From Eledone cirrhosa (Eukaryota), in contig OZ024743.1 of NCBI GenBank assembly GCA_964016885.1, forward strand, positions 317,564,001 through 317,628,000: a stretch of 64,000 nucleotides of DNA. Reading direction: 5' to 3'. Within the stretch, counting starts at the first letter, position 1. Each line of letters opens with the position of its first letter. Under the pieces are notes generated by a model, which saw nothing but the letters and a program-made list of their open reading frames with translations, was not told where the DNA came from and ran no database searches. The position numbers and the translations under genes are program-made. This document shows positions 59,575-64,000 of this stretch, in pieces.

Positions 59575-61990
59575 TAAAACGTCCTAGACTTAATTTTCAG
59601 CAATCACACTGACAATATCCACAATATTGCAGTGGAGAAAACTCTACTCTCTGATCATGACATGGTTCTCTGTGATCTGAGATTCCACCGTCCAATATAC
59701 AAACCCAATGTCATCTCTCCTGTCCATCCGTTTGACGCTATGGATTTCCACAATGCAAACATCTTGCACATGTCGACTGCTCCTTCACGCACACTCATAC
59801 ACCCACTAACATCAAAAAGTCCTGGCAGACATTTGTGGACACTGTTACAAACATATGTGTTTAACACACCCCATTAAGAACTATAAACAAATCTAAGAGC
59901 AGAATCCCTAGAAATAGAAAAACGCTCATCAGAAAAATTAAGAGAACGAACAAAAAAATCAACAAGCTGAAATACTGTCAGCAGCAACACATCAACTTGA
60001 CTGCCATTTCATCACTAGAGATTAAAAAACATAACCTCCAAAACAACATAATGTCCCTCATCAACAATCAGAGAAGAGCTGAAGAGGCCTGGGCCATTGA
60101 GAAGATCAAACTCAATCCCAAAGTGTTCTTTTCATTTGCAAAAAAACACAAAATCACTGGCTCTACTGTTGGCCCTCTAATTGATGAAAATGGCACTCTT
60201 CAAGACAATGCTAAAACCATGGGTGAGATACTGCAGAAACAATACTGCTCTGTTTTCAGCAATCCTGATATGGCCGATCTGGACTGTATCGGCGATGTTA
60301 TTCCCCATTACACCTTATCGGACATAACGTTTGGCGCCCCTGATGTCTTGGCGGCAATAAAGGAAATCAAGCATAATTCAGCAGTAGGTCCCGATAGGTT
60401 CCCTGCTTGTGTCTTGAAGGCGTGTCAACACCAACTTGCATCTCCTCTTGCCAATCTGTGGCGGAACTCACTGGATGCTGGATATGTGCCAGAAAACCTT
60501 CTATCCCAGTCTGTTGTCCCAGTTTTCAAAAAGGGAAACAAATCCCTTGCCGTGAATTACCGTCCAATCTCACTCACCTCTCATATCATTAAGGTATTTG
60601 AGAGAGTGGTGAGATCGCGAATGACTCACTTCCTTGAGAGTAACAATATGCTGAACTCCAACCAGCATGGATTCCGTAATGGAAGGGATTGCCTGACGCA
60701 GCTACTGCATCACTTTGATGACATTTTGAGAGCCTTGGGAGAGGGTTCCAACACTGATGTTATCTACCTTGATTTCAGCAAGGCCTTTGACAGGGTTGAT
60801 CATAACATTCTACTGAGAAAGCTGTCCAATATTGGTGTCACTGGAAAGCTGCTGCAGTGGATCAAGAGCTTCCTGTCAAACAGAACCCAACATGTTGTAG
60901 TTGAGGGAGTCAAATCAAGCCCAGCCAAAGTCAGTAGTGGGGTCCCACAAGGCACTGTGTTGGGCCCACTTCTCTTCATCATCTATATTAATGACATCAC
61001 TGACATCATCAAACACAACAACATTAAAATTTTCGCTGATGATTCCAAGCTCCAAAAGCTCATCAATGGCGTGGATGACCGGATAAGCCTTCAGTCAGAC
61101 CTACTGGCTGTTACCCAATGGGCAGAAAAGAACAACATGTTACTGAACGAAGACAAATTCGAACTGATCCACTTTGGAAAAGAGGATGCTCTGAAACTCC
61201 CGTACTCCCTTCCCTCCGGGGAAACTCTCGTGGCATCTAACAACATCAGAGACTTGGGAGTAACCGTGGACAGCAACATAAGCTGGACCACGCATATAAG
61301 CAGCAAAGTTGACATGGCCCGCAGAATGTGTTCCTGGATCCTCAGAACCTTCCAGTCGAGAGATTCCCGCACCATTATCCTTCTCTTCTCTACTTTTGCC
61401 CGACCACACCTTGAATACTGTTGTCCACTGTGGTCTCCCCACACGAAACAAAGTATCATGAAACTTGAAGCTCCTCAAAGGGCAATCACGAAAAAGATAG
61501 ATGGCATGTCAGACCTTGACTACTGGGGTCGATTAGAAAACCTGAAACTTTACTCACTCCAACGTCGCCGTGAGCGTTATATTATCTGCATGATGTGGAA
61601 AATGTTCCATCATGACTGCCCAAATGATGTTTACACCCAAGGTTTGGGCCGCGTGCTATCCGTCCCATTCAAAAATCTAAATCGCAACTCATAACAACAA
61701 TACGGCACAATTATTTCACCTCAATCGGCCCTGCTCTCTTCAACATCACACCAGGACACGTCAAAACAGAAACTGACCACACAAAATTCAAGAAGTCTTT
61801 GGACAAATTCCTCCAAGTAATCCCGGACAAACCACCCACACCCGGATATGTCTCCGCAAACAGTAATTCTCTTCTCGAATGGGCCATGGTGCCCAAATCC
61901 TGAATTGAAAGACTTCGCCAGGTGGTGCTATTAAGTTAGACATGGCCTGGGCCAATACTGGCCAAAACATTTCAAAGTTATTCAAAGTTA
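59575..61990 (+). mobile_element. 5'-truncated CR1/L2-group LINE (copy 2), disrupted
   Basis: APE endonuclease end NVLDLIFSN...LSDHDMV; frame break after ~59750; RT ORF 59997-61694; 16-nt deletion at ~61631 versus copy 1; (TTCAAAGTTA)2 tail. Confidence 0.92.
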
Positions 61991-62444
61991 TGTATAAATA
62001 TATATATGTATAAATATATATATGTATAAATATATGTATATATATATATATATATATATGTATAAATATATATATGTATAAATATATGTATATAGATATA
62101 TGTATAAATATATATATATGTATAAATATATGTATATAGATATATGTATAAATATATATATATGTATAAATATATATATGTATATAGATATATGTATATA
62201 TAAGTATCAACACATATTTTTATTGTTTGACCCGAATTACTTGGTCGTTTGTTTTGGCTGTGCGGATGATATGTTTAACCATCATCTCAGTGTGTTTGGC
62301 CCTTAATGTATGTTGTAGCTCTGATTCACATGAATCATCGAGTGCTTGCCACACATATCGGACGTTGATTTTCGTTAATTCCTGAGCTGAAAACGATTCT
62401 CGCTAATTTATATTTATATATATGTATATATATATGTATATATA

Positions 62445-62592
62445 TAACGAAGGAAATGTGGTAAGGAACCAGGTGGACCATAACGCACCAAAGTACTCAA
62501 TACTTAGGGTAGTAGAGTGGGTAATAGGAACAAGTCCAGAATTAGCCGTCGAAACGGCTTGAGCTCAGCCGTCGGCGTCCTACTCGTTCCTG
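62445..62592. mobile_element. Family B miniature copy with internal strand switch
   Basis: 62445-62531 matches the B tail on the minus strand; 62533-62591 matches the 3' half of the B hammerhead on the plus strand. Confidence 0.75.
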
Positions 62593-62913
62593 TATATATA
62601 TATGTATGTATATGTATATATGTATATTAAGACGGGGGAAGAAAAAATGGCTTCACTTGTGCTTTCAACAAATTTATTTTCTTCACAAAATCCAAAAAGA
62701 ATTTTTCTTGAAGAAAATTATTTTATAAATTAAGTTGTTGGTTGTTGGTTAGGTCTTAGGAGTTCTTGGTTAACGTAGGAGGTATTGTTTCGTTTTTAGA
62801 AAGACCTTTCACGCTGAGGTGCGCTTGTCAAACTGATGTGTATGTGGTGTGTTGTTCTATATATAGGGATTTAACATGTCTGTGGTGTGGTGGGGGTAAA
62901 AACCTCCCATTGA

Positions 62914-63186
62914 GGCCGAAACAAATGAGATCGTGTAGGTGTCACGACAAAAAACACACAGTCCACGCTGTAATGTGGCCCTGTAGGCAACACGGTAAAA
63001 ACCTCCCAGACCCACACTGTAAATGTGGTTGGTGTTAGGAAGGGCATCCAGCTGTAGAAAACCTGCCAGACAGTCCTATGCGAGCAAGACAATCACTCTT
63101 GCCTCAAGTGGGACTACCCCCGTCCAAACCCATGCAAGCGTGGAACACGGACATTAAACGTTGATGATGATGATTATGATGATGAT
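62914..63186 (+). mobile_element. 3' UTR-only copy of the RTE LINE
   Basis: Reverse complement of ~47482-47753, ending in (GAT)n. Confidence 0.85.

Positions 63187-64000
<814 letters not shown>

Overview
AT-rich, repeat-dominated eukaryotic DNA. The SINE/LINE repertoire looks cephalopod (octopus-like), which is an inference from recognised repeat motifs. One host gene is supported: a three-coding-exon, + strand, DUF1647-like type II membrane protein with glycosyltransferase-like features (34440/34500-39065). The rest is multi-kb (TA)n-derived arrays, three CR1/L2-group LINE copies, several RTE-clade LINE remnants (one with a PHD finger inside the RT), a decayed Ty3/Gypsy element, a CRE-clade fragment, tRNA-derived SINEs sharing the RTE 3' tail, MITEs and a 37-bp minisatellite. 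The main signal is invisible in the ORF track. At least eight unrelated short non-coding elements, mostly long fold-back inverted repeats set in TA tracts, each carry a type I hammerhead ribozyme motif (14 motif copies read by eye). These include minimal forms with a palindromic stem III, two unrelated families with a U3-A8 core covariation, two with a U.U pair opening stem II, and one with an 8-nt CUGAAUGA box. The architecture matches Penelope-like pseudo-LTRs or retrozymes, but no Penelope RT was recognised in the window. Catalytic activity is predicted from sequence only.
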